Assembly (NCBI GenBank): GCA_963765495.1 | Contig: CAVXWP010000005.1 | Span: 32,001 to 96,000, forward strand | From: Blastocatellia bacterium | GTDB taxonomy: Bacteria > Acidobacteriota > Blastocatellia > UBA7656 | Length of the DNA stretch: 64,000 bases | Direction of reading: 5' to 3' | Shown here: in pieces, positions 1-9,929 of the stretch | How positions within the stretch are numbered: position 1 is the first letter of the stretch | Layout of the letters: each line of letters opens with the position of its first letter | Notes under the pieces: model-generated | Database searches by the model: none | What the model was told of the DNA's origin: nothing | The model's input: only the letters and a program-made list of their open reading frames with translations | Program-made: the position numbers and the translations under genes

Positions 1-57
1 ATGATGGAAGCCAACCGTTGAAAACGCACAATCAACAATTGACCTTACCATGATCAG

Positions 58-85
58 ATCCGCGTAAATCCGTGTCATCCGTGGC
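58..85. repeat. Short ATCCG(C/T)G tandem repeat (3 imperfect 9-10 nt units)
   Basis: atccgcgtaa-atccgtgtc-atccgtggc read directly, downstream of oppF. Confidence 0.6.
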
Positions 86-118
86 CTATTTCCGTTTGCC
101 TGATCTGCACAGAGCAAT

Positions 119-1288
119 TCAATCAACCTGCTGCACGCGGATGCCCTTCTCAACCACTCGATCAATATCGGGTTCATCCGGGCCTATGCGAATGCAGGCG
201 GCCAGATGGTTTGGCGTGATAACTTTGAGCCGGGGTTTGATCTCGGAACATTCCTTTATCGCGTAAGGGCAGCGAGTGTGAAAGCGACAACCCGAAGGAG
301 GGTTGATGGGCGAAGGCACATCGCCGGTCAAAACAATATGGCGGCGTTTGCGTTCGGCTACGGGGTCGGGCAGAGGCACGGCAGAAATCAGAGCGCGTGT
401 GTAAGGCATCAATGGTTGCTCGTAGACTTCGCTTGCCCGGCCAAGCTCGACTATCTCTCCAAGATACATCACGGCTATGCGATCAGAGATGTGGCGCACG
501 GCGCGCAGATCGTGCGAGATAAAGAGGTAAGTCAGACCGAACTGATTTTGAAGCCTCTCCATCAGATTCATGATCTGAGCCTGAATCGAGACATCGAGCG
601 CCGAAATGGGCTCGTCGGCTACGATGAAATCCGGCTTTGCGGCAAGGGCGCGGGCTATGCCTACACGCTGGCGCTGCCCGCCTGAAAACTCGTGCGGATA
701 GCGTTTGATGAATCCGGGATTCAACCCCACGGTCCGCATCAACTCCTGCACCTGCGCGTTAACGTCGCGGCCTTCGGCGAGATTGAACGTCTTTATCGGT
801 TCAGAGATTATCGAGCCGACAGTCATGCGCGGATTGAGCGAAGCATAAGGGTCCTGGAAGATCATCTGAATGTGACGGCGGAAGGGGCGCACATCACCAC
901 GCGAAAGCCGGGCCAGATCGACGAATCCATTTTTGCGGGCATCCCCCGACACCGCCTCCTTCTCTTCTCCCTCGCTGTGATAGAGAATCTCGCCCGCCGT
1001 GGGCTCGACGAGTCTGAGAACGGCTCGTCCCGCCGTAGTCTTTCCGCAACCCGATTCGCCCACGAGCCCCAGCGTTTCGCCTTTAAGAATGTCGAGCGAG
1101 ATGCCGTCAACGGCGCGCACCACGCGGTCGGTCTCGCGCCCGAGCAAGCGGGCTATCAACCCTGTGTTTGATTGATCGAAGTGAACCTTCAGATCGCGTA
1201 TCGAGATCAGCGTCTCGTCAGCGGTCGGATAAGGGCGACCGTTTGTGGCGGCCCCGGTCTCTCTTTCCAGATGATCTATAACTCGCAT
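119..1288 (-). CDS. oppF: Oligopeptide/dipeptide ABC transporter ATP-binding subunit (OppF/DppF)
   Basis: Walker [17 protein letters not shown] signature, IVADEP Walker B, C-terminal [17 protein letters not shown] domain; last gene of the operon. Confidence 0.92.
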   Translation of the reverse strand: MRVIDHLERETGAATNGRPYPTADETLISIRDLKVHFDQSNTGLIARLLGRETDRVVRAVDGISLDILKGETLGLVGESGCGKTTAGRAVLRLVEPTAGEILYHSEGEEKEAVSGDARKNGFVDLARLSRGDVRPFRRHIQMIFQDPYASLNPRMTVGSIISEPIKTFNLAEGRDVNAQVQELMRTVGLNPGFIKRYPHEFSGGQRQRVGIARALAAKPDFIVADEPISALDVSIQAQIMNLMERLQNQFGLTYLFISHDLRAVRHISDRIAVMYLGEIVELGRASEVYEQPLMPYTRALISAVPLPDPVAERKRRHIVLTGDVPSPINPPSGCRFHTRCPYAIKECSEIKPRLKVITPNHLAACIRIGPDEPDIDRVVEKGIRVQQVD

Positions 1289-1343
1289 GCTTTTTCCTCA
1301 CCGATTGCGTTACCTGCAAAAGTACAAAACAACTTTCTCTTTT

Positions 1344-1371
1344 TCATCCCTCATCCCTCATCCCTCATCCC
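1344..1371. repeat. Heptamer tandem repeat (TCATCCC)x4
   Basis: Four perfect copies, 5 nt past the oppD stop codon. Confidence 0.95.
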
Positions 1372-1376
1372 TTCGA

Positions 1377-2357
1377 TCACCTGACCCAGCAAAGCGACCA
1401 GTGATCTTCGTCCACTTTATGATAAGGAGGGAACGCCTCGCGGCACTTATCAATCACCTCGGGACATCGGTCTGCAAAGGGGCATCGGCTCTCGGACAGA
1501 TTCGTCAAATCGGGCGGCAGCCCCTTTATTTGAAAAAGCTCTTCGTGCGGCGCGGTCGGATCGGGAACCGATTTGAGCAGCGCGCGCGTGTAAGGGTTCT
1601 GCGGATTGCGGAACAACTCTTCCGTAGGAGCCGATTCAAAGATGTGACCCGCGTACATAACGACTATGTGATCGGTCATCCCGGCCACAAGTCCCAGGTC
1701 GTGAGTTATCAGTATGACCGATGTGCCCGTCTCTTGTTTCAACTCTTTTATCAGTTCCAGTATCTGCGCCTGTATGGTCACATCGAGCGCAGTCGTCGGC
1801 TCGTCGGCTATGAGCAGACGAGGTTTGCAAGACAGCGCCATCGCTATCATAACTCTCTGGCGCATGCCGCCAGAGAACTGATGCGGGTAACTGTCCAGGC
1901 GCGCGCGCGCATCGGGTATGCCGACCATCTCAAGCATCTTTACGGCGTGTTCATATGCCTGGTCTTTTGTGTAGCCGAGATGCAGGCGGGTGATCTCCAT
2001 CAATTGCGTAGAGATTCGCATGAAGGGATTGAGCGAAGTCATAGGGTCTTGAAAGATCATCGCCACCTGACCGCCGCGAATCTTTCGCAGTTCACCCTCG
2101 GAGAGCTTTAATAAGTCTCTGCCTTCGAATATCACCTCTCCGCCCGCGATCCACCCGGGCGGTTGTGGGATGAGGCGGACTATCGAAAGATTTGTGACCG
2201 ATTTGCCCGAGCCGCTTTCGCCCACGATGCCGAGCGTCTCGCCTTTCTTCAGATCGAAACTCACGCCGTCAACGGCCTTCACAAGACCATCCTCCGAGCG
2301 GAAGTATGTCTTGAGGTCGCGGACTGAAAGCAGGTTATTGTTGCCATTACTATTCAT
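1377..2357 (-). CDS. oppD: Oligopeptide/dipeptide ABC transporter ATP-binding subunit (OppD/DppD)
   Basis: [42 protein letters not shown]; start placed at ATG 2357 (MNSNGNNN) because the longer ORF start is translated repeat. Confidence 0.92.
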   Translation of the reverse strand: MNSNGNNNLLSVRDLKTYFRSEDGLVKAVDGVSFDLKKGETLGIVGESGSGKSVTNLSIVRLIPQPPGWIAGGEVIFEGRDLLKLSEGELRKIRGGQVAMIFQDPMTSLNPFMRISTQLMEITRLHLGYTKDQAYEHAVKMLEMVGIPDARARLDSYPHQFSGGMRQRVMIAMALSCKPRLLIADEPTTALDVTIQAQILELIKELKQETGTSVILITHDLGLVAGMTDHIVVMYAGHIFESAPTEELFRNPQNPYTRALLKSVPDPTAPHEELFQIKGLPPDLTNLSESRCPFADRCPEVIDKCREAFPPYHKVDEDHWSLCWVR

Positions 2358-2372
2358 GGTTTTAGTACTCTT

Positions 2373-2451
2373 AGTTTTGAGTTTTGAGTTTTGAGTTTTG
2401 AATTCAGACGACTCGCCTGAATTCAAAACTCAAAACTCAAAACTCAAAACT
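2373..2451. repeat. Perfect 35-bp inverted repeat built of (AGTTTTG)x4 / (CAAAACT)x4 heptamers, 9-nt loop
   Basis: Arm 2373-2407 is the exact reverse complement of arm 2417-2451; lies between oppC and oppD. Confidence 0.97.
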
Positions 2452-2455
2452 GCAT

Positions 2456-3469
2456 TCACACTTTCCTCATCTGCGGGTCGAGCGCATCGCGCAAGCCGTC
2501 GCCTAAAAAGTTAAGGCTGAACAAAGTGAGCGCCATCATTATGCCGGGCGCTATGAGCAACAGCGGATGAACCGCTATGGCCTGCGCGCCTTCATTTGCA
2601 AGCACACCCCAGCTTGGCATCGGCGGCTGCACTCCCAAACCTAAAAAGCTCAAAAAGGCTTCCTGCAAAATCACCGAAGGGACCGTGAGCGTTGCATAGA
2701 CGATAACCGGCCCGAGCGTGTTCGGTATGATATGGCGAAAGATTATCTTGATGTTTGAAACGCCTATCGAGCGCGCCGCTTCTATGAATTGTTCGTTTTT
2801 GAGAGAGAGAACCTGACCGCGAACTATTCGCGCCATCGTGAGCCACGAGACCGCGCCAAGCGCGGCAAAGAGCAGAAACAGGCTCCGCTCGAAAAGCGCG
2901 AGCAGGATGACGACGAGTATGATATAAGGCAGCGAATAAATCACGTCAACGATTCGCATCATCACATCGTCGGTGCGCCCGCCGAAATACCCGGCCGTCG
3001 CGCCGTAGGTCACGCCTATCACAAGCGAGACGAGTGTCGAGACAAGCCCGACCATAAGGCTTATGCGGCTGCCGTAGAGCAGGCGGGCCAGCAGGTCGCG
3101 CCCGAGTATGTCCGTCCCAAGCGGGTGCAGCCACGTAGGGTCGGCAAGGCGGCTCGAAAGGTCCTGTGTCTGATAGGTGAAACCGTTATAAAGATAAACA
3201 AGCCACGGGCCTGCGAGCGCAAACAAGACGACTACGACGACAATGATGCCGCCCGCGACCGCAAGCTTGTTGCGGCGCAACCGCTTCCACGCATCCTGCC
3301 AGAGGCTCACACCCTCGATGACCTCGGCCTGTTCCATACGAACGGTTGGGAATGAACCGCCAAGGTCGCCGCCTATTATGCCTTCGGGAGAGGCGACCAC
3401 GCGGTCGCGCGCGTCGCGCGGGCCTTCTATGATCAATTCTTTTCTGCTCATCTGTTCACCCTTGCTCAC
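2456..3469 (-). CDS. oppC: Peptide ABC transporter permease OppC
   Basis: SLWQDAWKRLRRNKLA N-domain, HPLGTDILGRDLL, EAARSIG EAA loop, NFLGDGLRDALDP end. Confidence 0.93.
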   Translation of the reverse strand: MSKGEQMSRKELIIEGPRDARDRVVASPEGIIGGDLGGSFPTVRMEQAEVIEGVSLWQDAWKRLRRNKLAVAGGIIVVVVVLFALAGPWLVYLYNGFTYQTQDLSSRLADPTWLHPLGTDILGRDLLARLLYGSRISLMVGLVSTLVSLVIGVTYGATAGYFGGRTDDVMMRIVDVIYSLPYIILVVILLALFERSLFLLFAALGAVSWLTMARIVRGQVLSLKNEQFIEAARSIGVSNIKIIFRHIIPNTLGPVIVYATLTVPSVILQEAFLSFLGLGVQPPMPSWGVLANEGAQAIAVHPLLLIAPGIMMALTLFSLNFLGDGLRDALDPQMRKV

Positions 3470-4461
3470 TCATACCTGATTCGCGGATCGATATAGGCGT
3501 ATGCGATATCAACCAGCAGGTTCAGCATCATCAGCGCAACCGCGACGAATGCCGTTATCCCAAGCAACAGAAAGTGGTCGCGGTTGTTTGCCGCGTCAAT
3601 GAAGTAGCGGCCAAGCCCCGGCACTGAAAATATCGTCTCGACCACGATGGTCCCGCTTATCAAAAAGGCGAGTGCCGGACCCGTAAAACTCACAACCGGA
3701 AGTATCCCGCCGCGAAGCGCGTGGCCGAGCACGACCCGCCATTCGGAAAGACCCTTTGCCCGCGCCGTTCTTATGTAATCCTGCCTGAGCGTTTCAAGCA
3801 TCCCGCTGCGAGTCATTCGCGCGATATAGGCTACGTAAACCGCAGAGAGCGTCAGCGCAGGCAACATCAGCGAAGAGAGCGTGGGAATGCGCAGGTAGCC
3901 CCACTCGTAAGCCCACTCCATACGCGCGGGCGGGAACCAGAAAAGCGTAAGGCTGAATACTATGACCAGAAGCGGGCCGAGCACGAAATTCGGGATAGAG
4001 ACTCCCATCATCGCGCCCGACATCGTTGTGTAATCGAGCCACGAATTTTGCTTGAGCGACGAGAGTATGCCGGTCGTAAGACCTATGACGAGCGCGATCA
4101 GATAAGCCGTGAGCCCGAGAATCATCGAGACGGGCAGCGCTTCCTTGATGATGTCGTTTACGCGTCGGTCTTTGTACTTGGTCGAATCGCCGAAGTCCGG
4201 GTAAGGGTGCCACGAATAGCTTTTGGTTTCGGTGTCGTATGTGAAGCCGATCATGCGCCCCATAAAGCGCGTGTATTGCTTCCACTTCGGCTGATCGAAC
4301 CCGTACTTGGCATTCAGGTTTGCTTCGATTTCGGGCGGGAGCTTGCGCTCGCTGCTGAAGGGAGAACCGGGCGCGAGGCTCACCATAAAAAAGGTTATCG
4401 TCAGCACAAGAAGCACCAGCGGAACCATTATTATCAATCTTCTGAGAACGAATCTGAGCAT
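3466..4461 (-). CDS. oppB: Peptide ABC transporter permease OppB
   Basis: MLRFVLRRL start, APGSPF, DYIRTARAKGL, VDIAYAYIDPRIR end; 4-nt overlap with oppC. Confidence 0.93.
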   Translation of the reverse strand: MLRFVLRRLIIMVPLVLLVLTITFFMVSLAPGSPFSSERKLPPEIEANLNAKYGFDQPKWKQYTRFMGRMIGFTYDTETKSYSWHPYPDFGDSTKYKDRRVNDIIKEALPVSMILGLTAYLIALVIGLTTGILSSLKQNSWLDYTTMSGAMMGVSIPNFVLGPLLVIVFSLTLFWFPPARMEWAYEWGYLRIPTLSSLMLPALTLSAVYVAYIARMTRSGMLETLRQDYIRTARAKGLSEWRVVLGHALRGGILPVVSFTGPALAFLISGTIVVETIFSVPGLGRYFIDAANNRDHFLLLGITAFVAVALMMLNLLVDIAYAYIDPRIRYE

Positions 4462-4465
4462 AACC

Positions 4466-6427
4466 TTATTCCCTCTCTGCCACCTGATCGTCGGTTGCGC
4501 CCGGCTGCCAGTTGCTGTCTATCCAGATGTACTTGAACGGATGCTGATCGAGTATGTTGACATCGACGCCGCGTATGTAAGGCTTTTGAAGATAGAACCA
4601 GGCGTAAATGTAAAGCGGCACAATCGGCATCGCCTTTAGAAAATAGCGTTCGCTGTCGGCAAGCTTTTTCATACGCTCGGCAGGATCGGCGGTTGAGTTG
4701 GCTTCCGCAAGCAAGGCGTCATATTTGGGATCGGTCCAGCCGGAGCCGTTGTTGACCGAGCCCCGGACCCAGAGATCGAGATAGGTATTCGGGTCTACGT
4801 AATCGCCTATCCACCCGCGCCGAGCCACGCCGTTGTATTGAAGGTTGTCGAGCGTTTCGAGATAGACTTTCCATTCCTGATTAACGAGCACCGCGTCTAT
4901 GTTCAACTCTTTACGCCATTGCTGCTGAACTATCTCGGCAATCTGTTTGTGAGTTTCGAGCGTGTTGAAGAGAATCTCTACCTTGAGCTTTCGTCCGTCG
5001 CGCCCCACACCGTTTGGATAACCGGCTTTCGCCAGTAACTCGCGCGCAGCGGCCGGGTCGTAAGAGAGCACGTCATAAGTCTTGCCGTCTATTTTTACGT
5101 CGAGGCTCTCAGGCACATCGTAGCCTTCGATTGGAGGAACAAGGTTATGTGCAGGAATCTGGCCCGCGGCCGTGAAATCGGTTATCGCTTTTTTGTCTGT
5201 CGCCATGTTTAGCGCATAGCGCAGGAGCACGTTATCAAACGGCGGCTTTTTGGTGTTTATCAAATAATAGTAGCTGCCAAGAGAAGGCGTGATGTGAAAA
5301 TCGGCTCGCTTTCGCAAATAGTTTATAAAAGTCTGCGGGACCGCATTTGCCTGCATCATATCGGCATCGCCCGCCTTGTAGAGATTCACGTTCGTAGTGT
5401 TATCGGTGATGGGCAGGATCGTGATCTTATCGAGCGCTACAAGATCGGCTTCGTAATATTCAGGGTTTTTGACTACGACGATTTTGTCGTAGGGCCGCCA
5501 CTCCTTCATGGTGAACGCGCCGCTTGTGATCATATACTGAGGCTGAATCCACGAGGATTCCAGACCGCGCGCGCGCGCGGCTTCGATAGCCTGTCGCGGG
5601 ACCGGGAAGAAGATATGATGCGACTGCATCTTCACAAAAAAGGCCGTGGGTGCGCGCATATCTACCTGAAAAGTGAAGTCATCAAGCGCCCGCACGGCCA
5701 GGTCTTCGGGTTTGAATTTTATGACATCGGATTTCGCAGCAAGCTCGGCGAGTTTCTGATCGGTCTTGATCTGTTCTTCGGTCGCGGTTATTTCGCTACC
5801 TGTCGCGGGGTCCGTGAGAAATCGGCCCGACTGAGGATCGCGGAAATGTACTTTGCCCGCGTTGATCTCTTCGGCGTTTTTGACGTAGTAAAGCAGGCTG
5901 GCGTAATCGGCTGCCGTCGCCGGATCGACCACGCGCCGCCAGGAATAGACAAAATCATTTGCCGTGATTACGGTGCCGTCGCTCCATCGCGCAGGCACAT
6001 TGTCGGGCGGGGCCGAGTGCCCACGCGAAAAATCCTCTTTGAGCTTGCCCGATTGGTACTCTTCACGAAGCGTATCGGTGTTTGGCAGTGGCGTGCCTTT
6101 TGGCGCAAGGTTCCCGCGAAGGTAAAAAGTAAACTGTGTATTATCGGCATTCGTCTCATAGTGCGTGGCAAGCGCAGCCATCGGCTCAAGCGTCTTCGGG
6201 TGATACTTGGTCAGACCTTCAAAAAGAGCGTCTATGATGTGGCTTTCAGGGACCCCGGTCGCTTTTTCCGGGTCGAGCGTCTCGGGCTCGGTGGCATTCT
6301 CGTAGATGATTTCCTGCTTATCGGGCGGGGTGATCTTGCCGAAATACTGGCCGCCTGTCGAGCACGCGCTAAAGGCTAACAGACCCGCCAGTACGATTGA
6401 AAGCGCCGCTTTTTGATGTGATCCCAT
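4466..6427 (-). CDS. oppA: Peptide ABC transporter substrate-binding lipoprotein (OppA family)
   Basis: Lipobox LAFSAC, EPETLDP, WSDG..ITANDFVYSWRR, GWIGDYVDP; start at ATG 6427. Confidence 0.9.
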   Translation of the reverse strand: MGSHQKAALSIVLAGLLAFSACSTGGQYFGKITPPDKQEIIYENATEPETLDPEKATGVPESHIIDALFEGLTKYHPKTLEPMAALATHYETNADNTQFTFYLRGNLAPKGTPLPNTDTLREEYQSGKLKEDFSRGHSAPPDNVPARWSDGTVITANDFVYSWRRVVDPATAADYASLLYYVKNAEEINAGKVHFRDPQSGRFLTDPATGSEITATEEQIKTDQKLAELAAKSDVIKFKPEDLAVRALDDFTFQVDMRAPTAFFVKMQSHHIFFPVPRQAIEAARARGLESSWIQPQYMITSGAFTMKEWRPYDKIVVVKNPEYYEADLVALDKITILPITDNTTNVNLYKAGDADMMQANAVPQTFINYLRKRADFHITPSLGSYYYLINTKKPPFDNVLLRYALNMATDKKAITDFTAAGQIPAHNLVPPIEGYDVPESLDVKIDGKTYDVLSYDPAAARELLAKAGYPNGVGRDGRKLKVEILFNTLETHKQIAEIVQQQWRKELNIDAVLVNQEWKVYLETLDNLQYNGVARRGWIGDYVDPNTYLDLWVRGSVNNGSGWTDPKYDALLAEANSTADPAERMKKLADSERYFLKAMPIVPLYIYAWFYLQKPYIRGVDVNILDQHPFKYIWIDSNWQPGATDDQVAERE

Positions 6428-6900
6428 TTTGTGCTCCACTTGCGTGATTATGAATTTCGGAAAGCGCGAGCGAGATACACAACCATCCAGCAGTCGCGCC
6501 AAACAGGGGAGAGTAGAAATAATTCCACCGATCTGATTTCGGCACGATTATCATGGGTTTAGTCAGCAATAACCGCGCCAAACTATATCCCCGAGTAAAT
6601 TGATGCTTTTTGGCGCTTCCATAGTTGGCTAAAGCCGCAAACGGGCGCTGATGCGACGATAGTTTGCGGATCATTCCTGAAAAAAAGAGGCGTGTTTTAT
6701 CGCTTTGGACTGGCTTTTTTAGATATTTCGAGTTACAACAGAATCGCAACAGGAAAATGGCTCGGAGCATGATAAAATAGAATAGTCAGATAATGAAGAG
6801 AATCTGACGGGGATTGCAACAAGCAACTTTGAAAGAACAGAAAAGAATCGAAGTGCAGGACAACGCAGATTGTCGTACAGAAGGGGAGGATAATTTAAGG

Positions 6901-7539
6901 ATGAAGAACAGAAATAGAATCACTTTGCTCAAGAAGGCGAGCGTGCTCGCATTTGTATTCGCTTTCGCCGTTCTTGCCCAGGCGGGAAATGCTTTTGGGG
7001 CAGACAACAATTCAAAGAATCCAAACAACAAATTTCAATCCATACACATAAAAAATTTCGGCCAGATGGACGAGCATATATATCGCGGCGCGCAACCTGA
7101 CGAAGAGGATTACAAAGACCTGGCCGCGCTCGGAGTCAAGACCGTTGTCGATTTGAGAGACGATCCTACCTCGTATGAAAAGCCGATGGTTGAATCACTC
7201 GGGATGCGCTATATCAACATCCCTATGAGCGATAAAAAGAGACCGACGGATGAAGAGATAAACAGGTTTCTCGAAATAGCGAACGACTCGGCCAGCGGTC
7301 CGCTTTACATTCACTGCGCGGGCGGACGCCATCGCACAGGCGTGATGGGGGCGGTCTATCGTTTCAACCATTACGGCTGGAATTTCGATCAGGTCTACAA
7401 AGAGATGAAGGATTATGATTACTATTCGCGCTGGGGTCACGGCGCGCTGAAGGATTATGTCAAGGATTATTATGACCGAATACAAGAGGGGCAGATCGTA
7501 GTTTCCACCGGTGAGGCGGCAAGCGCCACCTCGCGTTAA
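6901..7539 (+). CDS. Secreted cysteine-dependent (PTP/dual-specificity-like) phosphatase
   Basis: Signal peptide, YRGAQP, VVDLR, CX5R motif HCAGGRHRTG; GGAGG upstream of ATG 6901. Confidence 0.85.
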   Translation: MKNRNRITLLKKASVLAFVFAFAVLAQAGNAFGADNNSKNPNNKFQSIHIKNFGQMDEHIYRGAQPDEEDYKDLAALGVKTVVDLRDDPTSYEKPMVESLGMRYINIPMSDKKRPTDEEINRFLEIANDSASGPLYIHCAGGRHRTGVMGAVYRFNHYGWNFDQVYKEMKDYDYYSRWGHGALKDYVKDYYDRIQEGQIVVSTGEAASATSR

Positions 7540-7575
7540 GCCCACCTCGTGTTAAGCATAGCACCCTCCTTTCGC

Positions 7576-7620
7576 AAACAAGAGAGCCGCCCCAAATGAT
7601 TGGAGCGGCTCTCTTGTTTT
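7576..7620. terminator. Bidirectional intrinsic terminator
   Basis: aaacaagagagccgc...gcggctctcttgttt stem between convergent genes. Confidence 0.85.
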
Positions 7621-7634
7621 GTGGCTGTCGTCAG

Positions 7635-7668
7635 GAAATCTTCAGACCAATGAAATCTTCAGACCAAT
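7635..7668. repeat. Exact 17-bp tandem duplication GAAATCTTCAGACCAAT
   Basis: Copies at 7635-7651 and 7652-7668 span the stop codon of the small minus-strand gene. Confidence 0.9.
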
Positions 7669-7901
7669 CTGGTTGGCTCGGCAGGTTGCGGATCACCAAT
7701 CGGGACAGGCTCAGATTGATCTTCGGGCATTCCGGGTTGATCCGGCGGCATCTCTACTGGCGGGTGCGAGCGTCCGGGCGGGACAGGTTGTTGCCCGGCG
7801 TCCGTATCCGTATCCGTCGGCATTTCCACATCGGGATTGGACGTATCCCCTGCCGTCGGGTCTTCGATGTTTGGATTGCCTCGAAAATACCTTTCTTCCA
7901 T
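7659..7901 (-). CDS. Small acidic, proline-rich hypothetical protein (80 aa)
   Basis: GAGAGG RBS before ATG; follows the stress gene on the same strand; biased but coherent composition. Confidence 0.65.
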   Translation of the reverse strand: MEERYFRGNPNIEDPTAGDTSNPDVEMPTDTDTDAGQQPVPPGRSHPPVEMPPDQPGMPEDQSEPVPIGDPQPAEPTRLV

Positions 7902-7967
7902 ACCTCTCTCTTTCTTTCTCCCGCTTGCTCGTTATTACTCGTTATTACTCGATCAGATTGAGCGCCG

Positions 7968-8456
7968 TTACCTGACCCTTTCTGCGCCCGCGGCTTCCAT
8001 GATTTTCTTGGCCTGATCGGCTCGATCATCGTGAGTGTATACGCCTACCAGAATCCCGCCTTGTTCGATCTCTTCGTTGTAAAACCTGGCTTCGTGCTCG
8101 GGTATACCGAGCCCGACCAGAGCGCCCGTCACCCCGCCTGCGGCCGCGCCTGCGCCAAGTCCTGCCAGTGTCGCCACTATAGGCCCTGCCGCGACCAGTC
8201 CTACGCCGGGAATAGCTATAATCCCGACCGCAACCAGCCCGGCTGCGATTGCGCCTATCACGCCTCCGATGGCCGCGCCTGTAGCCGCGCCTTCGGGGGC
8301 TTTGGTTGCCATTTGAAGCCCGAACTCGCGGCCTCGCGTAGCATCACTCATAAGCAAACTTATATCATCGCGCGAGAATCCATAATGAACCAGGTCTTCG
8401 ACCGCGTGCTCCGAGCTTGATCGTGACTTGAATAAACCGGATACCAATGTTGCCAT
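7968..8456 (-). CDS. General-stress-type membrane-associated protein (YflT/general stress protein 17M-like)
   Basis: VSGLF..A..AVEDL..GF..DDISLL, ATKAPEGAATG Gly/Ala hairpin, GIPEHEARFY; AGGAGG RBS. Confidence 0.75.
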   Translation of the reverse strand: MATLVSGLFKSRSSSEHAVEDLVHYGFSRDDISLLMSDATRGREFGLQMATKAPEGAATGAAIGGVIGAIAAGLVAVGIIAIPGVGLVAAGPIVATLAGLGAGAAAGGVTGALVGLGIPEHEARFYNEEIEQGGILVGVYTHDDRADQAKKIMEAAGAERVR

Positions 8457-8500
8457 AAAACTCCCTCCTTAAAACCCTAATCTCCGCTCATGGGTAATAT

Positions 8501-8516
8501 TGCAACGCTGATGCCA
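8501..8516 (-). promoter_or_regulatory. sigma54 (-24/-12) promoter
   Basis: Minus strand reads TGGCAT-CAGCG-TTGCA, matching TGGCAC-N5-TTGC, ~45 nt upstream of the stress gene start. Confidence 0.75.
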
Positions 8517-8686
8517 GTCGGGATGTATGGTCGCCTTAATTTCACTGACTCTTGAGCGGAGCCTGTTTTTTATAGATTTTGCGTCCATAATGTCGCTATA
8601 GTTCGCCTAGACGATCTGGAGGCGGTATAGCTTTCTCGTCTCTTTTTGGTACAAGAGATTTTGCCGCTTGTATTGAAATGATATTC

Positions 8687-8721
8687 GAGCGTTCAGCCAT
8701 ACGCCTGATGACTGAACGCTC
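8687..8721 (-). terminator. Stem-loop after the 8728 gene
   Basis: gagcgttcag...ctgaacgctc 10-bp stem just past the stop codon. Confidence 0.6.
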
Positions 8722-8727
8722 TATTCT

Positions 8728-9666
8728 TTATCGCGGTATGGTCGTAAGCTCGCTTATTCGCCCCCTCAGGGCATCGGCGAGGTCCTGGATTTCTTCGGGG
8801 CTATAATTGGCAGCGCGGAAGGCATCTTCTATCTGCTGCCGGGTCAATTGTGAAAGCAGTTTTCCGGCCCATCGAGCCTGCTCTCTTGTGATGTCGCGGA
8901 ATACGTCTTTGCGCTTGCCGCTATAGTGAAAATCTACGTACTCGCCCTTTAGTTCATCTATGAACTTCGCTTCTATGAAGTCTTCCGGGTTGTTGCGGCT
9001 GCGCGTGAGAAGGCTGCCCGTCTTGCCAAACGTAGCGCCGAGATCGCTAATGATATATTGCAGCTCATTTGCTCCGGTCGCCTCATTTCGCATAAACAGA
9101 ATCTTGTTATTTATGTCCTTGATGTCCCAATTGTTTAGCAGCAGCATCATGACTTTCAACCCCTGGAATTCGGGCGTCCCCACAAAGGGATTATCTTCCC
9201 AACCCCACTCATCAAGACGTTTAACATTCTTGGGTCGGGCTTCGAACCTGACATTTTCGAATGTGCCCTTGCCCTCGATTGTGACGCTCGGGACCAGATA
9301 AGTGATTTCCGTAAAGTAGCCCACCCCCCAGAGCAACCGTGTGGCGACCGTTTCGGGTTGCGCCTCCGCACCGATCTTGGCGACCCATTCACGGCCCGCG
9401 CCATCGCGCACGCGATACTTTTTCGAGTGCCCGCCTTTCTGATCTTTGATGAAAGTGACGTGGCTCAGATCTGGTTTCATAGCCTCTCCGCCCGTCCCCC
9501 AGAAAAGGTCGCGCGAAGTTAAATCGGTCGGCTCCTGCCATAAAATCGGCGTGCCGGTCGGTTTATGCTTTTTGTCATCCGGTATTCGGGCAACCGCGTA
9601 AGGCGAAAGGCCCGTTAGCAGAATGAATGATAAAACTATATAGGTGCTGACTTTATTCCTTAACAT
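8728..9666 (-). CDS. Secreted protein with atypical protein-kinase-like motifs
   Basis: Signal peptide; GGHSKK, WVAKIG, ETVATRLL, NWDIKDINN, ISDLG in kinase motif order; GGAGG 8 nt before ATG 9666. Confidence 0.6.
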   Translation of the reverse strand: MLRNKVSTYIVLSFILLTGLSPYAVARIPDDKKHKPTGTPILWQEPTDLTSRDLFWGTGGEAMKPDLSHVTFIKDQKGGHSKKYRVRDGAGREWVAKIGAEAQPETVATRLLWGVGYFTEITYLVPSVTIEGKGTFENVRFEARPKNVKRLDEWGWEDNPFVGTPEFQGLKVMMLLLNNWDIKDINNKILFMRNEATGANELQYIISDLGATFGKTGSLLTRSRNNPEDFIEAKFIDELKGEYVDFHYSGKRKDVFRDITREQARWAGKLLSQLTRQQIEDAFRAANYSPEEIQDLADALRGRISELTTIPR

Positions 9667-9929
9667 GAACATTCCCTCCCCAAAACCCCCCATATTCGCT
9701 CGGCTCTCTCAAACGTCCAATTTTTACCGCTAATGTCTTATTACAAATTCTATTCCAGACCATATCTGGTCAATTTTGTCTTGCTGGCGTACATTGTCAT
9801 TGAGTAAATGGATGAATACGGTCTGCCGGTTGCAGGCTGAAACGCATTGGTTTACTTTACACAGGTAAGGTAAGCGGCTACCATCACACAGCTATTTATT
9901 TTGTCTGTTAGTGAGGTCAGAAATCTCCG

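Noticed and set aside
2358-2426. N-terminal extension of OppD (SEFKTQNSKLKTK) in the ORF track
   Set aside because: It is the translation of the heptamer hairpin; a better ATG lies at 2357.
7928-7951. CTCGTTATTA x2.4 tandem repeat
   Set aside because: Short, period 10, no complementary arm; not counted in the heptamer family.
9758-9771. Palindrome GACCA-tatc-TGGTC between divergent kinase genes
   Set aside because: Only a 5-bp half-site with a single occurrence; cannot be told from chance.
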